From Octopus bimaculoides (lineage: Eukaryota), in NCBI RefSeq assembly GCF_001194135.2, contig NC_068985.1, positions 86,716,427-86,780,426 of the forward strand: a stretch of 64,000 nt of DNA, written 5' to 3'. The notes beneath the pieces were generated by a model that was not told the DNA's origin, did no database searches, and was given only the letters and a program-made list of their open reading frames with translations. Both the position numbers and the translations under genes were made by a program. This document shows positions 26,043 to 36,805 of the stretch, piece after piece. Within the stretch, counting starts at the first letter, position 1, and every line of letters begins with the position of its first letter.

Positions 26043-26268
26043 CTTTATTGTCCACAAGGGGCTAAACATAGAGGGGACAAACAAGGACAGACAAAGGGAT
26101 TAAGTCGATTACATCGACTCCAGTGCATAACTGGTACTTAATTTATCGACCCCGAAAGGATGAAAGGCAAAGTCGACCTCGGCGGAATTTGAACTCAGAA
26201 CGTAACAGCAGACGAAATACCGCTAAGCATTTCGCCCTGCGTGCTAACCATTCTGCCAGCTCGCCGCC
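26043..26268 (-). mobile_element. SINE family B, young copy with an alternative 3' tail
   Basis: CpG-rich, little-decayed GTCGACCTCGGCGGAATTTGAACTCAGAACG...GCCAGCTCGCCGCC. The tail (CCACAAGGGGCTAAACATAGAGGGGAC) differs from other B copies. Confidence 0.9.
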
Positions 26269-26317
26269 ATCATCATCATCATCATCACTATTATCATTAG
26301 CTTTTGTTTTGCAAAGA

Positions 26318-26790
26318 GCCATGTCCAGAATGTAGGACATTCTGGTGATCATGCTCTGTCACAATTCTCTGTTCTTTGTTTTCTATAATAGTTCCATTTC
26401 CTGATGTTCAATGCTTATTTCTTCCAACCAATTCCGTCTAGTTTGACCTCCATATCATCATTATCTTTCCTCTGCTTATTTTCCCTTCAATCTTTCTGGT
26501 CATCTCTAAATACTCCAGGCCCTCTTTCCTTATCACATGACAAAGAAATCTCTGTTGCTTGGCCCTCATCTCCTAAAGTAATTTTCTATTTTCCACAATC
26601 CAGGGGTTATCACTTCTTCATTAGACACTTTCTCTGTCCATTTCTATCCTCAATATTCTCCTTCAGAACCACGTTCCCCAGCTCTCCAATCACCTCCATG
26701 TGTCTGATGTTATAGACCATGCCTCACTTCCATACATTAACACAAGGTAGACATAGCAGTTCAATATACAGATCCTGATCTTGATACTCA
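26318..26790 (-). mobile_element. RTE-clade LINE 3' end (second family)
   Basis: KIRICILNCYVYLVLMYGSEAWSI...WTEKVSNEEV...QRFLCHVIRK..LEYLEMTRKIEGKISRG matches the RTE C-terminal domain. Confidence 0.85.
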
Positions 26791-26839
26791 GAGTATGGTT
26801 TCTCAAGAAAGTATACTCATTTTTATTTTTGTTATATTT

Positions 26840-26885
26840 ATCATTAGCATTATCATTGTTGTTGTTGTTACTATTATTATTATCA

Positions 26886-26971
<86 letters not shown>

Positions 26972-26972
26972 G
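26840..26972. repeat. (ATT)n microsatellite
   Basis: Directly visible. Confidence 0.98.
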
Positions 26973-27474
26973 TGAATGTCTTACCTCAGTGACTGTTGCT
27001 CATGCATCTGTTGCTGTCACAGTTCTTCCTTTCTTTAAATATTATTTGTCACAGTAATAAGTTCTATCACGACATCATTCAATCTGATGCTTACCATACA
27101 ATAATTTCCTATTGTAATCTCACTTAGAATATTTATTCTCAATATTATGCTTTTTCCTCTTTTTTTTTTTGGTTTTTCTTTAAAAATTAGGTTAAATTAA
27201 CATTTTTACAGAATCCTTCTCTGGCTTATTGTTTCCAATGTTTTCGTGCATGCAAGCATGGCTTAATGTTCATGTGTATATAAGTCTACATATATGCATG
27301 CATATACATGTCTTTCTTGTATATGTGTGTTTGACTGTGCGTGCATGTGTGTGTGTGTGTGTGTGTGTGTGTTTACATGTTGTGAGCTCATGTGTCAATT
27401 TAGTAAGTATTCATGCACTGACGATTTAAACAGTTGCAAAGCTGTGAGGTTGTTATATCAGTGTGCTAACGCTA

Positions 27475-27515
<41 letters not shown>

Positions 27516-27766
27516 GCGCGCGCGTGTGTGTGCGCGTGTATTTGTGTCTGTGTATGTCTCTCTCTCTCTATATATATATAGTTGTGTGTGTGTGTGTGCA
27601 CATATATAAGTATGTATGTATGTATGTATGCACGTACCCTATTTCTTTTTAATTTAGAATAAATTTTAACTGGCCACCTACTTGGTAACAAGGTTGGGAA
27701 GGAAAGCAACTTGTTTTATTCATCATCCTTTAGATCTTAAGAAGGTCCTTGCAGATTTTTATAGCA

Positions 27767-28045
27767 CCAGATATCTTGGTCATTTGTAGGAAATGAAATA
27801 AGAATTTAGCATTCTCTCCCATTATATGGAACCACAAGGAAATATGTTTTGTTGTGGAAATCAGCTGCCATCTGGATACCAAAGTGATTAGAAAAATACA
27901 AGAGAAATAGGACATTTATGGACTATTGATAAGGAATTTGCAAAGCCAGAACCCAAGATACACTTTCAGTTTCATTCATATTATTATTGGAGCAACAGGA
28001 TACATACCAACCTGTCTGGAACAAAGTATGGCTGAACTTGGAGGC
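27767..28045 (+). mobile_element. Restriction-like endonuclease (RLE) domain remnant of an R2-superfamily LINE
   Basis: PDILV...FVVEISCHLDTKVIRKIQEK*DIYGLLIRNLQ...FIHIIIGATGYIP fits the PD..E.S.P.D..K..EK..Y and IIVGALG pattern. Confidence 0.8.
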
Positions 28046-28064
28046 AATTCTGTCACAGGGTTTC

Positions 28065-28210
28065 GCATTTATAGCTGAGAAGAATGGAACAATGTGAAAT
28101 CAAGAGTTTTGCTGAAAAAAATGCAACATGCTCCTTGGTCTGTGAATTGAATCCATGATCTAGCGATTGTGAGTGCAACACTGTAACCAATAGGCCACAT
28201 GCCTTCACAC
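28065..28210 (-). mobile_element. SINE family D head
   Basis: GCTGAG...AACAATGTGAAAT...GAATTGAATCCATGATCTAGCGATTGTGAG...CACTGTAACCAATAGGCCAC. Confidence 0.7.
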
Positions 28211-28379
28211 GTGCATACATGTGTGTGTGTGTGTATGTGTGTGTGTGTGTGTGAGAGAGAGAAAGAGGAAGCACGGTAAAGTGTGACATTCAACTGAAAT
28301 TGGTCTCAGTACGGGCTCCACAATCCATTCCAGTGTCCAGTATGGTACAACTTGGTGGCATCAAACTTACAGTTGGTTA

Positions 28380-29650
28380 GAGTCTGGAATATAGACCAAC
28401 TAACAGAAAAAAATAATTTGCAGAAAACAGGTGTAGTATTCAAAGGTTTATTGGATAAGCATTTGTGCAGCTTACCAAATAGCTTTTTAAGTGAAGGAAG
28501 ATAACTTAATAATCACCAGACATGGCTGAATGGAAGAGTTTAATTTGGGATGTACTCTTTAATTATCTGAAAGAACTAATTACAGATAACTTTAGAACAT
28601 ATAGTGACACTGCAAGTGGAATGTAGGAAGAAAATTCGAATAAAATGTTTGCATGTGATACATGAAAAATATTTATGGAGATGAAGAATGGAAAAATAAT
28701 CTTTACCCAGCAAGGTAAATAGTAATGGAGAATTAGTGCAATTTAGATATTTAAAGTAGATTTGTAAGCAATTTTAATTATTCAACAAAGAAGTTTGTGA
28801 AGCTGTATTTCATTAAATCTTTAATGAGTAAGACATAACTCATTTAAGTAGCATTAAAAGATATCTTAGCTAATTATGTAAAGAAGGCATCCATATTGGA
28901 TTAATAGTGAGGAAGTATTTATTAACTTAAATTTGTAAATATGATTAAATAGTTTATGTTAAAAAAAGGCAATGCAAGTTCATTGGTTAATTTAAATAAA
29001 GAATATGGAAACAACATTATAATGATTCAGAAATTCTTAGCTGAATGTTTATTCTCTACTGTAATTGAATAAAGAACATGGAATTGAAAGATGCCCTAAA
29101 TGGTTCTTAGTTCAGGAATTAAAGTAAGATAATATAGAATACAATATAATAAAGAAGATACTGAGAAATAGGGTGGTACATTATATTATAAATCTATAAG
29201 AGAATGGATTTATGATGATATTACAAGAAAATATTTGTTAAACAATTTAAACTAAACAATTTGATCTTATTTAATTAGCTGAAGATGAGGTTGTGGAATA
29301 TATTTCTGAATTAATTAGTTTAATCAGAAAATAGCATCAATACATGTGTGAATATGTTAAAATTAGCCAACATTTGATCTGTAATAGATCAATCTAGGGA
29401 TATTAAATAAAATACTTATTTAGTTGGGAAATCATGGAAGTACTGGAGGGAAAAAAGGAGCAGAAGATAAGAAAGAATGAAATTAATATGAGAAAAGAAT
29501 TTAGAAAATAAAGTGGAAAGTATGAATTAAAATTATATACTGAAGAAGTTATACTGAAGATAATTAATCTATTATTGGAATCCTACCAAATTAGTGGCTA
29601 AGTGGAATTATGAAAATTCTATGAGTGGAGAAGTATTGGAGGATGAAGTT
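28380..29650 (+). mobile_element. Heavily decayed CR1/L2-like LINE sequence
   Basis: FKGLLDKHLCSLP near 28440 and faint KTFDL and LYxxE-like traces near 29370-29560. Strongly A/G-rich strand. Weak support. Confidence 0.3.
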
Positions 29651-30458
29651 GTGTTCAGTAGTGATGCACTTTAGACAGAGTGCAAAAGTTTGTAGGTCCT
29701 GACAGTTGGAGTCCTCTCAGAATGTTTGTTAAAAATTTGATCTTTGACAAATAGCATCACCAAACTTTTCAGTCTCATATTTCTAAGATTTAGTTTTGAA
29801 TAATGTTTTCCACATTATATTGTGAAGTACAGATTTATATATAATTTTGCTAGCCACAGTTGTTGCATTTGTTGTGGTTTCTAATGGTGTAGGTTTGGAC
29901 GTTATATCAAAATTTAAAAGTGTCAGAAGTCAATCCAATATTTGCCTTAGAACTGCTCTTGGTGTTAACCAACTGTCAAGTTGTAAACTATTTTCTCAAT
30001 AATGTAAGTTGAAGGAACAAGTTTTTAAGTGAATTAAAATTCTATTGTATTGATGAATCTATATTAATTAGTTCAGTTTTGAATCAGCTCGATTTCTGTA
30101 AAGTTAGGAAAAAATTAGAAGAAGAAATTTGGTGTTTTGTTAAATATTCAATATTTATGTTAAGTGCAGTGGGGAAAATTCCTAAAATATTTTGACAATG
30201 TTTTGAAGACCAGTATAGCTGCAGAGAAGCCAAAGAGATGTCGAATCCAGGTTATGTTTCTACCTATTTCTATTTGTAAATGTGAATTCAGTTTATGAGG
30301 CTTAGCTTTAGATCTATTTCTAGTTAGATAATCATTATGCCATTATAACAGTGGATTAATTCTGAGAAGATATACTCATTGTAGAGAAGTGAGAAAGTCT
30401 TAGAGAGATGCTTTATTTCTACTAAGTTCTTAAAGGTATTCCAAAGATAGCACAAGTG

Positions 30459-30460
<2 letters not shown>

Positions 30461-30501
<41 letters not shown>

Positions 30502-30620
30502 ACACACACGCACACACACACATATATATATATACATATTATTTTGTTTAATATATTCCTCTATACACAATCATACAAAACCGCTTTTTTGTATTTATTT
30601 TTACTCACATATATATATAT

Positions 30621-30678
<58 letters not shown>

Positions 30679-30709
30679 GTATATATATATGTATGTGTAT
30701 GTGTTTGTG

Positions 30710-30756
<47 letters not shown>

Positions 30757-30815
30757 TTATATGTACATATACATATACATATTTACACACACACACACAC
30801 ACACACATGTATATG
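30461..30815. repeat. Compound (CA)n/(TA)n microsatellites
   Basis: Directly visible. Confidence 0.95.
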
Positions 30816-30819
30816 TAGT

Positions 30820-30930
30820 ATAGCTTGTGGTTATGGTAGAAAACACTTGATCATAGTGATACCTGGTGGGTCTGAACTTGAGACTGCATGGTTGGAAAGT
30901 AAGCTTCTCAATCACATAACCACATCTGTG
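30820..30930 (-). mobile_element. SINE family A head fragment
   Basis: TAGAAAACACTTG...CATGGTTGGAAAGTAAGCTTCTCAATCACATAACCAC. Confidence 0.6.
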
Positions 30931-33830
30931 CTCATATCAATTATTAATAATTATTTATCATTGATTTGTTTATTAATCAATTATTAGTCATTTACAAAGT
31001 TTTCGAGTGAGCAACAAACTACTTACTCAAATATGCATTTATTCCATTTACATAATTATTTATTAATCCAGTTAATTAATTATTCATCAAATCAGCTGTA
31101 TAATCAGATATTTATTTAATCAATACATATTCCAATATTTTTTTCTGAAACGCATAATGGTCTCTCTCATATAAATTCATCACCAGATATTAGGTATCCC
31201 TCAACACAATTAGTCTTAATAAACTCCCTTCCACAGCATCTTATTGTATTGTTATTCATCATAGTTTGACATATCATGTTACTCATCATTCTGTTTTCAA
31301 AATATTCCTACAAATTTTACTGTTTAACGCTGAATATTCCTTCTACCTGTCACATTCAGTTATAGCCTTTTATGGTGAAAAAATAAAAGAAAGAAAAACA
31401 CCTTTGCAACCATTTATTGAGTACTTATTATTTTTTTTTCTCTTTACTGAATTCTTTAATATATCATCTGATTACGATGCGAGGACTTATTTTATTGATG
31501 GAATATTTGTATTCTCTTTCCAACATGTAGATGCATCTGTCGTTGCCTTGTTCCACCATGCCTGTTATGAAGCATTCTTGTAAATGGTATATGTATGCGG
31601 CTATGTGTACACACAACCGCATGCACTTGATATAATATTAGATGACAACATACATACGCATTCACAATATGTTCCAGTAGATTACAACATGATAATGTTA
31701 ATTGCCTTTGGAGAACTCCTTCTCCTTTAGACATTATATGTTGATGATACAGTTCATTGAGACAAGGAGACTTTCAGACACTGGTATTTCGACTTTGTCG
31801 TGTCTCTTCAGTTAATGCCTCCCTGGATCAATGAAACTAAACAATAGTGCTGGCTCTTGTTTACAACATTTAGCAAACAAATCATTTGCTGATGCCTGTG
31901 AAGTTTATTATTAATTATCATACGTTTGTAGAACAGTGAGAATCAGGATAGTAATATAACTGTCTATATAATGTTTTTTTGGTCGTTATACCTTAGTTAG
32001 TTAGAGAGGTGGAGGTAGAGTAAGTGAGAGGTGGAGTAAATGTGTATGAGAGAGGGGTGTGTGAGTAGAGAAGAAAGAAATGAGGAAAAAGTAGAGAAAG
32101 ATGTACAATAAGGCTAAATGGTTAGCTGAAGGGAGAGTCAAAGAGCAAGAGAAAAAGACAGTAAGAGAAATGAGGGAGAGAGAAGTATTAACGATGTTTT
32201 GTAGGATGAAGAGGGAAAGGTAAAGAGATATGTTTAGGATACAATATTTAGCTGAGGGTGACGTTCTGGTGGTAAGGTTAAAGAAAGATAGATAATCAGA
32301 GATGTACAGGGGATGCAGATTTATTGAGAAAGAAAAGTAGAAAGCATTTGTATTGTCAGACTAAAGACACATCGACAACAAGAAAAAGTAGATATAAGCA
32401 AACAGCTGGACTGAACCGAAATGAGCTTTGTTACTGAAAACTATAGTGATGGTGTAGGTGGTGGTGGTGGTGGTGGTGATGGTGGTGGTATGTTGATTGT
32501 GAAATGTATATTTTTTTTATTAAATGAAAGCTATAATGTTATTCTTCTACCTGTTCGTTCACACTTTACGCTTTAATTTGTTATAGAGGAAGAAGAGGGG
32601 GAGGATGAGGATGAGGGGGGAGGAGGTGGAGGGAGAAGAGGAGTGAGAGAGAGGAAGAAGAAATGTGAGATTGAGTGAAAGAGCTGATAGCCAGTCGATG
32701 CACTATGCTGTCACTCATATGGTTAGTAGAAGTGAAAAGTGAAGGGAAAGAGAGAATTGTTTAAGACATGAACATGGGAATTACATGGTTAAAAATCTTG
32801 TTGAAGAGGTAGAGAGAGAAAAAGAGAGACCTAAAGTGCTTAGTAGAGGGAAATTTTAAAATCATAAAAATATTATTTTGACTGGAAGTGAAATAATTTA
32901 GCGAAATAAAACTAAAAATGCGAATTGTCCTTTCTTTCTGAAATAGTTTCTCTTAATCTTTTTCATTCTGTGGAATTTCCATGGGTCTCACAAGTTCAAT
33001 CTTAATAGGTTCTCCCAGATTTGAACATGTTTAAGTTAAATGATTCTGTGGTTTGGTTTTGGTTTTAGGAGAATTCTTCTTTCAGCTTTCAGGTTTTGTG
33101 TACCGAAAACACACTCAATCCTTTGAAGTTAGAGGTCTTTGAAAACAGAGTTTCACCATGTTTGTGTCATTCATGTTTGATGACTTCGTTCTACAGAAAT
33201 GGCCTTTCCCTTATATGTTATCAACAAATATTCTAAAAATCTATGACCCCCAATTCAATAAAACAAACTATTTGTATCTGAGTAAAAGACTGCTGTCATT
33301 TTTATCGTTTCTCTTTTAGCCTTCCAGTGGTTTATTCCTATTCACCGTAGTGAAATCAATGGAACTTGAAATATTCCGATCTCCACACTGATATGTGTGT
33401 GCCCTAAAAGATGTTTTTATGATGCTGTATTACTATAATAAATAAACTCTTTTATCACCATTATCATCATTATCTTCATTTGAATCATTTAATGTTCATT
33501 TTGCCAAGCTTTCATGAGATATCCATGTCTTGGCTTGTTTCCATTGAGCCAAATGACAGATCCTCAATATGGTCCCTTATTGTGCTAAAAATTGCAACCA
33601 ATTCCCCATAAACTCACACTTTACCATCTTGAAGTAATCCAGAGTCTATTATGTTTGAGAAAATGGGATGGTCATGGTTGGAGTTCTTTAATCTTAAGTT
33701 ACCTTGATCTAGGATCAACATGGGACTAAAGTACAATAATAATAATGCTCTCATTGTTTACTTCTGTTAATATCTAGATTTATCGATTTCATAACAACTG
33801 AATTTTGTGGGAAAAGGGATTGGTCTTTAG

Positions 33831-34017
33831 CTGCAGTTATCAACCAGGATCCAGATGAGATGTTTGGGGATCCACACAAATAAAATAGTAAATTGAGGAT
33901 CTGCAGTAATATTTTAAGGGTCCATGAAAAATTTTACTTGAGATGGATTGAGTGCAAGAAGCAGCTAAGTTTGGTTTCTTTTTCAAAAGTTTTGCATCAA
34001 CAAGTTTCCAACCACTG
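33831..34017. mobile_element. hAT-type MITE, decayed; related to 41814-42060
   Basis: Starts with a degenerate CAGTGGTTCTCAACCAGG-like terminus after GTCTTTAG and ends ...AACCACTG. The right TSD does not match. Confidence 0.45.
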
Positions 34018-35001
34018 AAACCTGTTCTCGCAGAGAGTTCTGTGGCAAACCCACACAAGGGAATGGGTGAAAATAAAAATAAGAATTTTGAAAGGAGCAT
34101 CTATAAAACTAGGTTTTAAGCATTGAATGCCTATGGAGGCCCACCAGAGACTGTGTTTATCACAGATATTTGCAAAGTATATTTTAAAAATACTTTATGT
34201 TGTACTGCTGGCATAAAATGAACTCACAGCCTTTCAGTCATTGGATAATTCCTCTACTACCTCAGCAATCTGCTGTTACCATTTCCCTAATATCATAGCA
34301 TTTACTTCCGAAGAATAAACCTCAAAATTTTAACTGAAAGATTAAGTTAATCATCAAGAGGACAAAAGAGTTTAGATAAAAGTTTGAGATAACAAAAGAA
34401 CAGCTGTTTCGATGTACAGTCATTCTAGAGTATATCAGAAATTAATATGGCAATATAAATATTTCAAAAATATACCATGGAAACCTGTGTGATAAATATA
34501 GTTACTAGCATTGAATAAGAACGTGTGAAGATAATTGAATTTGATGAATATGAACATAGCTATATGGCAGATCATTTTAATAGTTATGTAATGTAGAGTT
34601 CTGCAAGAAGATTATGCAAATATCTAAATATTTTAGCTGTAAAAAAAAAAGAAAAATGGCGCTATGATTGCGTGAATGAGAACTGCCAAACTTTCAGTGA
34701 AAAGACTCTTTAAAGAGCATAACATGATGTTGTCTAAATAATTTTGAGTCAAATATGAGTTTTCTTTCTATGAAGCAGAATTCATCAAGAGTCTTTTACT
34801 AAAGAAAAAAAAACCAAACAAGCAAAAAATGCAAAAACAGCATCATATGACAATCAGAATTGCAGGAAAGATTTAAATGCTTTTGATACCAACTATCCTG
34901 AGATTGCCCCTGGTTAACAATATGCAAGTTGTTGCCTAACTGGAATGGTAGGGAAAATAAGGAATTGTAGCTAAAGATATTTTAACTTAGTGTGACTAAG
35001 T

Positions 35002-35355
35002 GCAGGCATGGCTGTGTGGTAAGTAAATTGCTTACCAACCACATGGTTCCAGGGTCAGTCCCACTGTGTGACACCTTGGGTAAATGTCTTCTACTATAAC
35101 CTCAGACCGACCAAAGCCTAGTGAGTGAATTTGGAATATGGAAACTGGAAGAAACCCGTCACATATATGTGTGTGTGTGTGTGTGTGTGGATATGTTTTG
35201 GTGTCTGTGTTTGTCCCCCACCTTCACTTGACAACCGATGTTGGTGTGCTTATACTCCTGTAACTTAGCGGTTCAGCAAAAGAGACCGATAGAATAAGTA
35301 CCAGGCTTACAAAATTATGTCCTGGGAGTCAAATGACTGAAACAAATAAAAGAAT
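35002..35355 (+). mobile_element. SINE family A, full length
   Basis: Head, internal (GT)n, GTAACTTAGCGGTTCAGCAAAAGAGACCGATAGAATAAGTAC and an AAATAAAAGAAT tail. Confidence 0.9.
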
Positions 35356-35556
35356 GGCACAAGGGCTGAAATTTCTGGGGAGGGGGCCAGTCAATTAGAT
35401 CACCCCCACTAGACAACTGGTACTTAATTTATCAACCCTGAAAAGATGAAAGGCAAAGTTGACCTCGGCGGAATTTAAACTCAAAACGTAAAGACAGATG
35501 AAATACCACTAAGCATTTTATCTGGTCTGTTAACATTTCTGCCAGCCTGCCACCTT
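35356..35556 (-). mobile_element. SINE family B inserted tail-to-tail with family A
   Basis: GGCACAAGGGCTGAAATTT...GACCTCGGCGGAATTTAAACTC...GCCAGCCTGCCACCT. Confidence 0.9.
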
Positions 35557-35767
35557 AAAAGAATGAAAGAATAAAAGAATAAAGCAGGTGCTCCGTTTTT
35601 TTATATTCCATGCACACTTATCCATTCCAGTCAGAGGAATTTTTGACTGAACATTGAACTTCATGCAAACTTTTTCAGAGCTCGTAGCATAGCATCAAAT
35701 TTCTACCCTTGAGACTAATAAAATGTTGTGAGTGAAATCTGGTTGACAAAAATTGTGCAAAAAATTG

Positions 35768-35776
35768 TCATAGACA

Positions 35777-35826
<50 letters not shown>

Positions 35827-36570
35827 GTCAAGATGAAGAGCACGATTCGATTGTAAGATATTTTATTAGATGAACGATATTTCAACAGTACGTCTGTCTT
35901 TGTCAAGTTCAAAATAAGAAGTGATAAAAATTCAAAATTACAGAAATTTAAACGTGAAGTATGAACGAGAGGAACCAGCGTCCATACGTTGATGGAATGG
36001 CATCATCAGTTTTTAAGTTACAGTTTTATAACAGGCGGAAAGGAAAAGACAGAAAAAAATAGAAAAAGGAAGACGACAGAAAAAAAGGAAAGAAAAAAAG
36101 AGAAAGAAGAATATTCAATCAAACAGTTTTGTATAAATTTGATGATATTCTGTCATCTTATTCATTCCTCCAGGGTGTGATGTTAATAACCCGCAAACAT
36201 ATTTCTCCTCATACATTCTGAGATTCAAAATATTTTCTGAGAATATGCACTTTCAAGTCTTCTTCAAAATTGCAGCCGCTTGAAACGAAATGTTCAGCAA
36301 GTTCTGTTGAACTACTGTTCTTGTGCCTGACGTCGAATCTGTACCCATTAAACCTTTTGTTTAATTGTTCTGTTGTACAATCAACATAAATTAAGTTGTG
36401 TTTCGTGCATTCTGCAGTGTACACTAAATGGGAATCTTTACATGTTCCCCCTTCTGTATAAATCATAACATTTCTATTATGATTTCTGATGGAATTCACT
36501 TCACTCATGTTGTTGCACAATGAACAGTGCTCACCTCTCTTGCGGCAGATTCCAGGCAATGACCTGAATA
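35768..36570 (-). mobile_element. Penelope-like retroelement 3' part: GIY-YIG endonuclease remnant, 3' region and (AAT)n tail
   Basis: CSLC...GGTCKDSHLVYTAECTKHNLIYVDCTTEQLNKRFNGYR...ELAEHF...DLKVHIL, then EEKYVCGLLTSHPGGMN. This is the Cys/GIY-YIG/R..H/E..W..L.T..P.G.N pattern of Penelope endonucleases. The YVG glycine and the His are substituted. Confidence 0.9.
35871..35911 (-). ncRNA. Degenerate minimal hammerhead ribozyme motif
   Basis: RNA 5'-UGAAC UUGACAA A GACAG ACGUA CUGUU GAAAUAUC GUUCA-3': 5-bp helix I, decayed CUGANGA box, helix II, GAAA, palindromic AUAU helix III and an AUC cleavage triplet. Confidence 0.7.
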
Positions 36571-36574
36571 ATGA

Positions 36575-36596
36575 TAATAATAATACTAATGATAAC

Positions 36597-36640
<44 letters not shown>

Positions 36641-36680
36641 TAATAATAATAACAACAACAACAACAATAATAACAACATT
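36575..36680. repeat. (AAT)n/(AAC)n microsatellite
   Basis: Directly visible. Confidence 0.97.
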
Positions 36681-36805
36681 GAAAAATACCTTAGGAATGA
36701 GAACCCAGGTTTGAAATTTCCACAAGACACTTGATGAAGGCTGAAACGTTGTGTTAACAACAAATAAGATGAGGACAGATATCCATCAAATGTAAATAAT
36801 GTAAA
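36675..36805 (+). mobile_element. Short Penelope-derived element with a collapsed hammerhead motif (36726-36755)
   Basis: GACAC-TTGATGA-AGGCT-GAAACGTT-GTGTT directly after an (AAT)n run. Confidence 0.55.

Noticed and set aside
31593-31625. Short imperfect hairpin TGTATGCGG...CCGCATGCA
   Set aside because: The stem is only about 15 bp and depends on TG/CA repeats, which is too weak to call.
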